Source of the DNA: Candidatus Cloacimonadales bacterium | GTDB taxonomy: Bacteria; Cloacimonadota; Cloacimonadia; Cloacimonadales; DAONDQ01 | Assembly (NCBI GenBank): GCA_963662275.1 | Contig: OY759316.1 | Coordinates: 2,912,001 to 2,976,000 of the forward strand | Reading direction: 5' to 3' | DNA length: 64,000 bases | Shown: piece after piece, positions 38,101-47,000 of the stretch | Layout: every line of letters begins with the position of its first letter | Numbering within the stretch: position 1 is the stretch's first letter | The notes under the pieces: generated by a model | Seen by the model: the letters and a program-made list of their open reading frames with translations, nothing else | Told to the model about the DNA's origin: nothing | The model's database searches: none | Program-made: the position numbers and the translations under genes

Positions 38101-40672
38101 TTCTACTACTAGTGGCTTTGCCGATAGTATAGCTATTAAAGTGTCCGAAACCGGGACATTCAGTTCTACTGGAGCTTTCACCCTTAGTATTACAGGATTA
38201 TCGCCAAAAACCGTGTATTATTACAAAGGGTTTGCTACCAATTCTGCCGGAACCGGATATACCCCACAAGCTACTTTTTCTACAATTTACCCTCCTTTCG
38301 CCGGTGTCTATACAATTGATAATACCTTGCCTACCAGCGAAACTAACTTTACTTCCTTCACATCGGCTGTTAATGCACTGAATGCAGCCGGAATCACGGA
38401 ACAGGTGACTTTCTATGTGACATCCGGGCAGACTTTTGTGGAAAACGTACCCGCGATCACCCTGAATGCTGCTTCCGATAAAACAGTAACCTTTGTGAAA
38501 CAGGGTGAGTTGGCTAATCCTGTGATCAAAGCCGGAATTGGTACGGGTACTGCTGATGCGATTGTCGCCTTTACAGGCTGTGATTACATCACTTTTGACA
38601 GTATTGATCTGAGTGAAAACACAGGTGTAAACAATACAGCCACAACACAAGCTGAATACGGCTTCAGAATCATCAACGGTAATACTGATGGTGCCCAACA
38701 TAACACCATCAGGAATTGCAATATCACCCTGGCGAATGCCGCTCCTGCTAATACGAATGGTTTCTACCTATTAGCGTCAGGAACCACTGCTGCCAAATCA
38801 AACTCTTACAACAAGTTCTATGGCAATTCCCTGAGAGGTTGTACTACCGGTTATTCTCTAAATGGTTCCACCACTTCTTCAGCGGAAGATACCGGTAATG
38901 AAATCGGTTCTACCACGTGTGGCGGTACAATTACCGGATGTGATTATGGGATTAATTATTCTTATCAAAAGTTATTGAAAGTCTATGACCAGGCAATCAT
39001 CCTAACAGGCGGTGCTGCAAAGGGTAATACTGGCATATGGGGTACTCAAGGTTTGACAAACACAGTAGAGATATATAACAACAATATCTCTATGCAGACA
39101 ACAGGGACCAGCAATAGCAGCATTTATGGAATCTGCATATCAGAAGGTGTAACGGCATCCATCCACAATAACGTAATCCATGATTTCTCCAGCACATATG
39201 CCTCCATTGGGAATGATATTTATGGCATAAGCTTAGTTATCAATTATGTGGATCAGACTAATGATATCTATAATAACCAGGTATATAACCTTAGTTCTTT
39301 GCGCCACACGCAATATGGTATCTTGACCAGAACTTCAGCTGCTGGAACCAACAACGTTTACGGTAATGTAATTCATGACATCACGAGTGGTGCGACAAAC
39401 GGTTCGTTCATGAAAGGCATCATGTGCGTAAACGGGGGAGTAAGGAATGTCTATAATAATGAGATATACAACATGAATATCACTGCCGGCACTGGTGGGG
39501 GTATTTCTGGCATACACGTCGGCGGGGGAATCAGTTCCGTCCACGGCAACATTATCCACAACTTGATCAACAATAGCACAACATCCAATAATACCTACGG
39601 TATTACCAGTGGTGTTACTACTTCCAGCCAGATTTACGATAACGTCGTAAGGGCTATTTCAAGCAGCTTATCAAATGTAGCAGGTATTTATATGAATTCC
39701 GGTTTAGCCAATACAATCAGAAACAACAAAGTGTATGATCTCACGAATTCAGGAAGCGGAACTTCTTATGTTTATGGGATGTTATTGGATATTGGAACAA
39801 AAAATTACGTTTACAACAACTTTGTATCAGACCTCAAAGCTCCTGCTGGTGACTCCGGTACAGTACCTAATATCGCTGGAATTAGTACCCAAGGAACGAA
39901 CAACTATCTCTGGTACAATACATTCTTCCTGAATTCCGACGCTACAGGTACAACCGTAAATAGCACTGTAGTTCATATATTTTCAGCCACATCGTTGGTC
40001 AATATGAAGAACAACATCATGATCAATAAAAGTGCTACAGGTTCAAACGGTATCGCAAGTACGATATGGAAAACATTTACTACCTGGACCGGTTTCACTT
40101 CTAACAACAATATTTATAATGCAGGTGAAAGCAGTACTCAACATTTGATCTGCTTTGATGGCACCAACAGCTACCAAAGCCTGGATTCATTTAGAACATC
40201 ATCAGGCAATGACAGCTGCAGCTTTGTCGGGGATGTCAACTTTGTAAATGCTGATACTGCTCCGTATGACCTGGATATCAATTCTGCACTGCCCAGCATT
40301 GCTGATGGGACGGGTGTTGTAATCACTACTCCAATCGCCGTAACTGATGATTATCACTATCAGACAAGGGCAACAGGACTTGCCGGCGATTTACCTGATA
40401 TCGGTGCTGATGAATTCGCTATCGAATTGCCGGCACCTTCTACACCCGAAAATGTCAGCCTTGCAAAAGAAACTGGCACTGGAAATCTGATCATTTCCTG
40501 GGATGCCTCAACAGGAAATGTTAGCGGATATCACGTCTATGGCTGCCCCAATCCTGATTTCTCAAGCCAAACCACTGTTCTGGTAGGCTCTACCTCAGCC
40601 TCAACGCTGACCCTAACAGTTCCTGCTTCTGAATTGCCCATCAGGATGTTCTACCGGGTGACTGCTTACTAA
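29180..40672 (+). CDS. Giant secreted protein (3830 aa): two N-terminal beta-sandwich repeats, ~16 FN3-like repeats, two parallel beta-helix regions, conserved C-terminal domain
   Basis: Signal peptide; ~100-aa TERGIYYST..GFADGTGTKV..GLSPNTVYYYKGFATN repeats; I.NN.I.. coils; ends MFYRVTAY. Confidence 0.9.
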   Translation: MKASKFKVFMLTILIIMLAGSLFGETIYNETIGSAGTTTGVSSYTGWLNYGTVTYTGTTDARNTYTSTGDYTGASGGGNVYFVGGSSDYLQIAGINTLGYTNIRLACGIYKTNSNTNTSNAENGSNFQIRYSTDGTTWSSPLAYTLPTGAGTDATYFWITFNEALPAVASLYLKFTDVGASEAIHFRLDDITLTGTTFNLYNETVGVGANYTPISSYSGWSNTSPISYVGTSTVDNSYTSAGSYSNATGTGNVYISNGTYFQIEGLNTAGYSDLWLSFAVHKDTGSETGTNLKVEAYDGSTLTGTYYVNIPTSSGDIWINRTISTALPATATLILKFSDIHASRDFRIDDIRIRAGIKTPDISSPICLGKLNTNALLGASITAFNNSNATERGIYYSTTSGFADGTGTKVSVTGTFSVTGAFTINVTGLTENTVYYYKGFATNAAGSSYTSQATFTTRNIYPPTLTLPTATDITNTTAVLGASITALNNDNAFAKGIVYSTIDGFSENTGTFVSTSCYISQPTAFTMNVTGLSPNTVYYYKGLAVNNAGEGFTAQASFTTANVVPTLTLPTAISITNTTAVLGASITALNGSTATERGIYYSTTSGFADGTGTKVSTTGTYSSTGAFTMNVTGLVVNTVYFYKGFATDDAGTGYTAQATFTTTNILPPTVTLPTAASITNTTAVLGASITAFNGSYVTERGIYYSTTSGFADGSGTKVSETGTFISTGAFTLNVTGLSANTVYYYKGFATNDTGTQFTTQETFTTTNALPPTVTLPTAASVTNTTAILEANISSLNNGNVTERGIFYSTTSGFADGTGTKVSETGTFSSTGVFTINVTGLSPNTLYFYKGFATNAGGSGYSAQASFTTTNVFPPTVTSPTATGITYTSAVLGANITALNDSLVTERGFYYSTTSGFADGTGTKVSETGTFSTTGAFTFNVTGLTTSTRYYYKGFATNAFGTSYTTQGMFYTGAIIGCDGNVSMTCTVGQRANLSFTIDYYGLTPDPGTLTISSYGNSDEFFNNYFSTWQYENSSSLLTVPFTDGSHFRKTIYVTFTPSQVLLYGGIVSNKITVSDGATTVIYTCVITVQGLPVVGNPTIFGITPTSAGIKGVCMRDGNSQITSAGFFDFDHNYTLPAHGTGFYETEIFYLPTTTNHQICFYATNSIGTTYSNWISFNSAPNLSLTVLTGNFDDTPVGTSKDEVLAVRGNSLTPPEGNIIITAPPGFQLSETEGTGFVSSITIPYNSYGLGYGGVSSQIYMRFTPLNAMSYNDTISVVGAGIIYKANVYGNGIDIPILTLPTATNVTNTTAVLGANISSLYNGNALERGIYYSTTRGFTDGTGTKVSTTGTYSTTGAFTINVTGLSPNTVYYYKGFARNAAGSGYTSQDSLTTTNVFPPTVSLPTATSITNTTAILGANISSFNNSNATERGIYYSTTRGFADGAGTKVSETGTFTSTGTFTISVTGLSPNTVYYYKGFATNSAGSGYTAQDSLTTTNVFPPTVALPTATSITNTTAVLGANISSLNNSNATERGIYYSTIDGFADSTGTKVSETGTFSSTGAFTFDVSGLSPNTVYYYKGFATNEVGRGDTSQATFTTTNVFPPTVSLPTATSITNTTAVLGANISSLNNSNATERGIYYSTTRGFADGTGTKVSETGSFSSTGAFTIIVTGLSSNTVYYYKGFATNAAGSGYTSQDSLTTTNIFPPTVTLPTAAGITYSAALLGANISSFNNSDATERGIYYSTTDGFADGTGTKLSETGTFTSTGAFTICVTDLSPNTVYYYKGFATNSAGTGYSPQATFTTYYQPFAGIYTIDNTLPTGGTNFASFTSAVNALNAAGNTASVTFHVTSGQTFVENVPPITLNAVSEKAVTFIKQGELANPVIKAGIGKNMSDDAIVTFKGCDYITFDGIDLQENTGVNTNVTTQAEYGFSILNNGNDDGAQHNTIQNCTVTLAYATTYTTKGFYVYGNGAKDLAANSYNRFYGNSLNGCVTGYYLYGSTASSAEDIGNEIGSSAHGGTITGCDYGVYYAYQTSLKVYDQTIVLKGGTRMTICGIYADSGTACASEIYNNNISLQATSIYAAYCLGVQISYGTASIHDNIIHDFSNTYTSTGSGMIGIYVAAGAAGETNVIYNNQVYNFSSLRHIQYGISVSNTSSTNNIHNNVIHDFTSGATNGYYKYGIFCNTGVNDIYNNEIYNMNITVGSGATICGIDIEGETSTIHGNIIRNMINNSTTVFETYGIISNARTSCQIYDNVIRAISSSSSKVTGIYMYTGAANTIRNNKVYDLTYSGSGTSYVYGMLLNSGTTNYVYNNFVSDLKAPAAASGTSLKITGVKVLGVNNYLWYNTIFLNSDATGTKVNSAVVYVASATSLVDMKNNIFINKSATGSTGIASTIWKTFTTWTGFTSNNNIYNAGESSTQHLICFDGTNSYQSLDSFRTTSGNDSCSFVGDINFINAVTAPYDLDIDPGIPSIAAGHGVVINTPIAVTDDYHYQTRATGLASDLPIPHGPAIGAQEVIMELVPPSVSLPTAASIANTTAVLGATITSFNRINATERGIYYSTTDGFADGTGTKVSETGTFSTTGAFTIDITGLSPNTVYYYKGFATSEAGSGYTAQATFTTTNFFPPIVTLPTATSITNTTAVLGANINALNAGNATERGIYYSTTDGFADGSGTKVSETGTFSTTGAFTISVTGLSPNTKYYYKGFATNAAGSGYTLQDSLITTNIFPPTVESPIATSITNTTAVIGANISSFNNSNATERGIYYSTTNGFANGTGTKVSETGTFSSTGAFSFSVTGLSVNTVYFYKGYATNTAGSGYSTQGTFTTTNVFPPTVISPSSASITNTTAVLGGNISALNNSDATERGIYYSTSSGFANGTGTKVSETGTFSSTGVFTISVSGLSPNTWYYYKAFATNAAGSGYSTQANFKTTNVFPPTVTLPTAASITQTTAMLGANISSLNNSNASERGIYYSTTSGFADSIAIKVSETGTFSSTGAFTLSITGLSPKTVYYYKGFATNSAGTGYTPQATFSTIYPPFAGVYTIDNTLPTSETNFTSFTSAVNALNAAGITEQVTFYVTSGQTFVENVPAITLNAASDKTVTFVKQGELANPVIKAGIGTGTADAIVAFTGCDYITFDSIDLSENTGVNNTATTQAEYGFRIINGNTDGAQHNTIRNCNITLANAAPANTNGFYLLASGTTAAKSNSYNKFYGNSLRGCTTGYSLNGSTTSSAEDTGNEIGSTTCGGTITGCDYGINYSYQKLLKVYDQAIILTGGAAKGNTGIWGTQGLTNTVEIYNNNISMQTTGTSNSSIYGICISEGVTASIHNNVIHDFSSTYASIGNDIYGISLVINYVDQTNDIYNNQVYNLSSLRHTQYGILTRTSAAGTNNVYGNVIHDITSGATNGSFMKGIMCVNGGVRNVYNNEIYNMNITAGTGGGISGIHVGGGISSVHGNIIHNLINNSTTSNNTYGITSGVTTSSQIYDNVVRAISSSLSNVAGIYMNSGLANTIRNNKVYDLTNSGSGTSYVYGMLLDIGTKNYVYNNFVSDLKAPAGDSGTVPNIAGISTQGTNNYLWYNTFFLNSDATGTTVNSTVVHIFSATSLVNMKNNIMINKSATGSNGIASTIWKTFTTWTGFTSNNNIYNAGESSTQHLICFDGTNSYQSLDSFRTSSGNDSCSFVGDVNFVNADTAPYDLDINSALPSIADGTGVVITTPIAVTDDYHYQTRATGLAGDLPDIGADEFAIELPAPSTPENVSLAKETGTGNLIISWDASTGNVSGYHVYGCPNPDFSSQTTVLVGSTSASTLTLTVPASELPIRMFYRVTAY

Positions 40673-40727
40673 AACGTCTCCTTGCTAAAATAGAAAACGA
40701 GCTGCTCAGCTCTTCTCTTCTCCTGTT

Positions 40728-40772
40728 CCCCTCCCTTTGGTTAAAGGGAGGGGTTAGGGGAGAGTTTGATTC
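40728..40772. repeat. CCTCCCTTT-N4-AAAGGGAGG palindrome
   Basis: Single unit followed by AGGGAGAGTTTGATTCT. Confidence 0.75.
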
Positions 40773-40856
40773 TGCTCTGCACTACACCCTACCACCTACA
40801 ACCTTCTGCTATATTTGCACCTGCCTTCGAACTTCATACTTCAAAATGGGGGAGTT

Positions 40857-40893
40857 TTATTTCACGTGAAATTTCACTTTCAGTAAATTTCAG
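40857..40893 (+). promoter_or_regulatory. Putative upstream activator sequence 2
   Basis: TTATTTCACGTGAAATTTCACTTTCAGTAAATTTCAG. Confidence 0.75.
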
Positions 40894-40988
40894 TGCCTTT
40901 TTGAAATAAATCTCGATGAGCCATTTTTACAGATTGTATAAAAACATACATATCATACATTTACAGATTTTTCTTAAAACAGTTTTAT

Positions 40989-41004
40989 TGGAATATATTT
41001 TGCG
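40989..41004 (+). promoter_or_regulatory. Sigma54 -24/-12 promoter
   Basis: TGGAATATATTTTGCG (GG-N10-GC); IHF-like TATCATACATTTA at 40951-40963. Confidence 0.7.
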
Positions 41005-41063
41005 TTCTTCATGTCATATAAATAAAATGAAATAACTAAAACTATTAAGAATAAGGAGAGAAC

Positions 41064-44000
41064 ATGAAAGCATCAAATTACATTGTTTTTATGCTGACCA
41101 TTCTTACCATCATGTTAGCTGGTAACCTATTCGGTGAAACCATCTACAATGAAACAACCGGAACTGCAAGCTCAATCACACTAGTCAACAGTTATACAGG
41201 TTGGCTGAACTATGGAACGGTAACTTACTCCGGAACGGCTGATACCCGCAACACAAACCCTTCTACCGGGTATTCCGGTGCCAGCGGAGCTGGTAATACA
41301 TATTTTATTGGCGGTTCCTCAAACTATATGCAGATAGCCGGTATTAATACCCTGGGGTATACTAATATCAGGCTTGCTTGCGGTATTTTTAAAACGAATA
41401 TCATTACCGCCACCGGTAATGCTGAAAACGGTTCCAATTTCCAGATCAGGTACAGTACAGATGGAACAACCTGGTCATCTCCCCTTGTATACACCTTGCC
41501 CACAGGGACAGGCACTAATTCAGATTATACCTGGATTACCTTCTCTGAAGCCTTACCGGCTGTTGCAAACCTGTATTTGAAATTCACTGATGTGGGAGCC
41601 ACAGAGCCTGTGCACTTCAGACTGGATGATGTTACCGTCACAGGTACCACTTTCAATATCTATAACGAAACTGTGGGAAACGGATCAATTGGTATATCGG
41701 TTGGATCATATACGGGGTGGAATTTCTCTACTCCAATTACCTATTCAGGTACAGCTGGTGTACAAAGTAGCTACTCATCAGCAGGCACTTACACCAATGC
41801 ATCCGGTAATGGAAATGTGTATATCCCAAATGATACCTACTTATCCATCTCAGGCATCAATACTACAGGATATACAGATATTTGGTTATCTTTTGGTGTT
41901 CACAAGGACAACAGCGCAGAAACTGGTACTAACTTCCAGGTGGATGTGTACGATGGAGTAACCCTTTTCGGGACATACTTTGTGAATATCCCCACCACTT
42001 CCAATGATCTCTGGATCAACCGAACGGTAGCAGTTCAGATTCCAGTAACTACCAATTTAGTCTTAAAATTTACTGACATACATCCTTCCAGGGACTTCCG
42101 AATCGACGATATCAAGCTTCGGGCTGCAATTAAAGCTCCGAATGTATCATCGCCTAGGGCTACCAGCATCACCAATACAACCGGTACCCTGGGAGCGAGC
42201 ATTGTATTATTGAACAGCGATAATGCCACAGAAAGGGGTATTTACTACTCTACAACCAGTGGTTTTGCCAATGGCACAGGTACAAAGGTATCTGAAACAG
42301 GAACGTTCAGTGCCATAGGTACTTTCACACTCCCTGTTACCGGATTGACTGAAAATACCATTTACTACTTTAAAGGATTTGCTACTAATATCGCCGGCAC
42401 AGGATATTCTAACCAAGGTACTTTTACCACTACCAATGTTCCTCCCACAATTGCACTGCCGACAGTAAGCAGTGTAACAAATACGACCGCTATACTGGGA
42501 GCCAGCATCACTGCTCTAAACAGCAGCACTGCCACGGAAAGGGGTATCTATTACTCCACGACTGATGGCTTTGCAAATGGTACTGGTACCAAAGTATCGG
42601 AAACAGGAGCATTCAGTTCCACAGATCCATTTACCATAAGTGTCACCGGTTTGACTCCAAATACAACATATTACTATAAAGGCTTCGTCACAGATGCTGC
42701 TGGAAGTGGATACACCGTCCAAGATACCTTCATTACCACCAACATTTTCCCTCCGACCGTAGCATTACCTACTGCAACTGGTATTACCAACACAACCGCT
42801 GTACTGGGTGCCAGCATCACAGCCTTTAACAATAGCAGCGCCACGGAAAGAGGTATCTATTACTCAACAACCAATGGCTTTGCCGATGGCACCGGTACTA
42901 AAGTCTCTGAAACAGGAACATTTAGTACCACAGGTGCTTTCACCATTTCTGTGACTGGTCTATCACCCAATACCTTGTATTATTACAAAGGCTTTGCCAC
43001 AAATGCTGCCGGCAGCAGTTATACTGTGCAGGACAGCATGACCACCACCAATATCTTCCCTCCGACTGTTGTACTGCCTACTGCAACTGGTATTACCAAC
43101 ACAACCGCTGTACTGGGTGCCAGTATCACTGCCTTTAACAATAGCAACGCCACGGAAAGAGGTATCTATTACTCTACAACCGATGGCTTTGCCGATGGCA
43201 CCGGCACCAAGGTATCTGAAACAGGGACGTTCAGTACCACAAGTGCTTTCACCGTTTCTGTTACAGGCTTATCACCCAATACCTTGTATTATTACAAAGG
43301 CTTTGCCACAAATGCTGCAGGCAGCGGTTACACCGTGCAAGGCAGCATGACCACCACCAATATCTTCCCTCCGACTGTTGAATTGCCAACAGCTTCCAGC
43401 ATCACCAATACAACAGCCGTCCTGGGAGCCAGCGTTACCACTCTCATCAATGGTAGTGCAACTGAAAGGGGTATCTATTACTCCACAACAGATGGCTTTG
43501 CGGATGGCACCGGAACAAAAGTATCCGAAACAGGAACATTCAGTTCTCTCGGTGCTTTTACACTTGAAGTCACGGGTCTGTCCCCCAATACCGTGTATTA
43601 TTACAAAGGCTTTGCCATAAACATCGATGGCAGTGGATACACAGCCCAGGCTACTTTTACCACGACCAATATCTTCCCCCCCAGCATTACCGCAAATGCA
43701 ACAGCGAATCTGACTGATGAGGGTGCAACCCTGAATGCCAACATCACCAGCACCAACAATGCCCTGGTCACAGAACGGGGATTTTATTATTCCTCTGTAA
43801 GTGGTTTCGCTGATGGTACAGGTACCAAGATCTCGGAAACCGGTTCCTTTGGAGTGGGGGCTTATTCATTAATCCTCACAGGTCTGGACCAACATACCCA
43901 ATACTACTTTAAAGCCTTTGCCACGAATGCAGTTGGTACAACATATTCAGCCCAGGGTTCCATCAACCCAACTGTTATTCCTCCCCTGGCAACAATCGAT

Positions 44001-47000
44001 TCACCGGATGATGCTGCCGTCGTCACCAATTCTGCCAGCTTGAACTGGACAGATGGAGGAGGCTGGACATACGGCTTCAAATTGTTTATGGGAACCGATG
44101 CTGCAGCTACAAATCTTACCCCTGCAGGTGGACTTGACTTAGGCTATGTAACCACATACACACCAGCATTTATTAACGGCAGTACTTATTACTGGCGGAT
44201 TCAACCTTATAACAGTTTTGGCGCAAATACGACAGGAACCATTAGGTCATTTACTGTTTCCGGTCCTTTAAGCGGAACTAAAATCATTGGACCAGGTGGT
44301 GATTATGCCAGTTTCACGGCTGCCATCAATGCCCTCAATACAATGGGAGTGGCAGTCGGAGGCGGTGGAGTTACATTTAATGTGACTGCCGGAGAAGTAT
44401 TTACAGAAGCCATGCCGATTCCTGCAATTACTGCTACGGGGACCCTGGCAGACCAGGTCATTTTCAGGAAGTCCGGTACAGGAGCCAACCCAATCGTACA
44501 GGCTACAGGTACAAGTGTAAGTCAAGAGTATTTCTTCAAACTCTTAGGTTCTGATTATGTTACATTTGATGGCATCGACCTGCGCAATACCGGTACAACT
44601 GAACTGATGGACTATGGCTACTGGCTGCAAGCTGTTGCAACTAATGGCTGCAACCATAATACGATCCAAAACTGCACTGTAACATTGGATAAAGCAAGTA
44701 ATTACACGACTGGTATAAAGGTTTATTATACTAATTCGAGTTCAATAACCAACAACTACAACAAGTTCTATAACAACACCATCAATCATGCCATATATGG
44801 TTACGATATCTATGGAATAACTGGTAGTGTGAAGGACACTGGGAATGAAATCGGCACCACAACAGGTACAACGATGATTAATGATGTGAGCTTTGGTGCA
44901 TATCTAGCTTTCCAGACCAACGCTAAGATTTACAACCAGGTCATTACGTTTGCAGCATCTTCAGACATATCTAATTATGGGATTTATTGTCAAACCTGCA
45001 CGGCAGATGTTTACAACAATCGTGTCCAAAATGGCATTTCACATGGCAGCAACGGTATGTTTGGCTACTATAATTCAAGCTCTCAAAACAATGTCCATGA
45101 CAATACTTTTACGGGATTTTCTTGCACCTATGGTACAATAGCGGGTATCAATATATCAAGCGGATCAGATAACGTCTACAGAAACAAGATATATAATCTG
45201 AGCTATACAGTCATCGGTATAGGTACGGTATCAGGAATTATCTTAACAGCTGGATCCAGTAATGTATATAATAATATGATCTGGGATTTGAGAGCTCCAG
45301 CCTCTTACAGTACTAATCCGTGTGTAAATGGTATTCAAATCGGTTCCAGTACAAACAAAATATATAATAATACTGTCTATCTGTATCAAACGGCTACAGG
45401 GACAAATGCTGGTATTACGGCTGCTCTGACATTTAGTACAGCAGCATCTTATTCACAGGATTTGAGAAATAATATCTTTGTCAACAAAAGTGCTGCCAGT
45501 AATAATCCCTCAAGCCGCACATGTGCTATTTTCAAATCTTTTACAGGCTGGTCATGTCTGACAGCCACTTCCGGCAGAAATATCTATTATGCCTATAATA
45601 CCGCTCTCCCCGGAACCAGAAATCCTATCTGCTATGAAAATACTTCAGATATTGCAAACATTGATGCTTATCACACTGCAGTCGGATCATTGGATGCAGT
45701 GTCCTGGTCTGAAGATGTACCATTTGATCTCAGTAATCTTCCTCACATTACAACCGGCGGGATTACCTTTGCAGAAGGAAATGGTCTGCCAGTTACATCT
45801 CCAGCTATCACGGATGATATTGATGGCAATCTCAGGGATGCTTCCACCCCTGATATCGGTGCCGATGAAGGGGCTTTTACCAATGTAGGACTGGCTCCCA
45901 TGGCTGCCAACGTACCGAATCCTGCTAATACTTTTTCTGCCTTTCCTCCGACGAATGTAACCTTTAGCTGGCGTGCTCAGGCTGATCAGACCCATGGTGT
46001 ACCCACTTCCTATAAATTCTATCTGCGCCAATCCACCGGAACTTATGCAGATATGATCAATGGTATCGATCTCGGAACCGCTTTATCATATACTCCTGCA
46101 ACACCGCTTTTGATTGGTACAGGTTATGTATGGAAAGTGATTCCTGCCAATGCAACAGGTGAGGCAATGAATCCGCCTGAATGGTGTTTTTCCACAGCTT
46201 ACCTGCCCTTGAACGGTATTTATACGATCGATAATACCTTGCCTTCCGGTGGAATTAACTTCGCGTCCTTTTCGGATGCAATTAGTGCACTGAATTATTC
46301 CCTGATCTCCGGACCAGTAACATTCCGGGTAACTTCAGGACAAACCTTTGTAGAAAATTTACCAGCTATTACCCTTCAGGCAACCCTCGATAACCAGGTA
46401 ACCTTTGTGAAGTATGGTACATCTGCTAATCCAGTGATCAAAGCAGGGATAGGGAAAAGTTCTACAAGTGATGCGATAGTAACCTTTTCTTGCTGCGATT
46501 ACATCACCTTTGACAGTATCGACCTGAGTGAAAATATAGGTGTAAACATGACAGCCTACACCCAAGCCGAAATCGGTTTTAATATCTATAACGGGAGTAG
46601 TGGTGCTCAACATAATACCATTAGGGACTGTAATATCACACTGGCTAATGCTACTACTCTCAATGCAACTGGTATCTACCTAAAGTCCTCAGGATCAGCT
46701 GCTACGACAAACTCCTATAACAGATTCTTAGGTAACTCCGTGAGCGGTTGTTTTAATGCATATATTATTCAAGGTTCTTCCTCAACTTCAGCGGAAGATA
46801 TCGGAAATGAAATCGGCTCTTCCTCGCGTCGTGGTACGATGACCGGTTGTAATTATGGAGTATATTATTATCATCAAAAGTCATTTAAAATATATGACCA
46901 GACAATCCTCCTGACTGGTGCAAACGGAGGATCTAATGGCATCTATTGTAATCTCGCGTCGACAAGCACAGTTGAGATTTACAACAATAATATCTCAATG

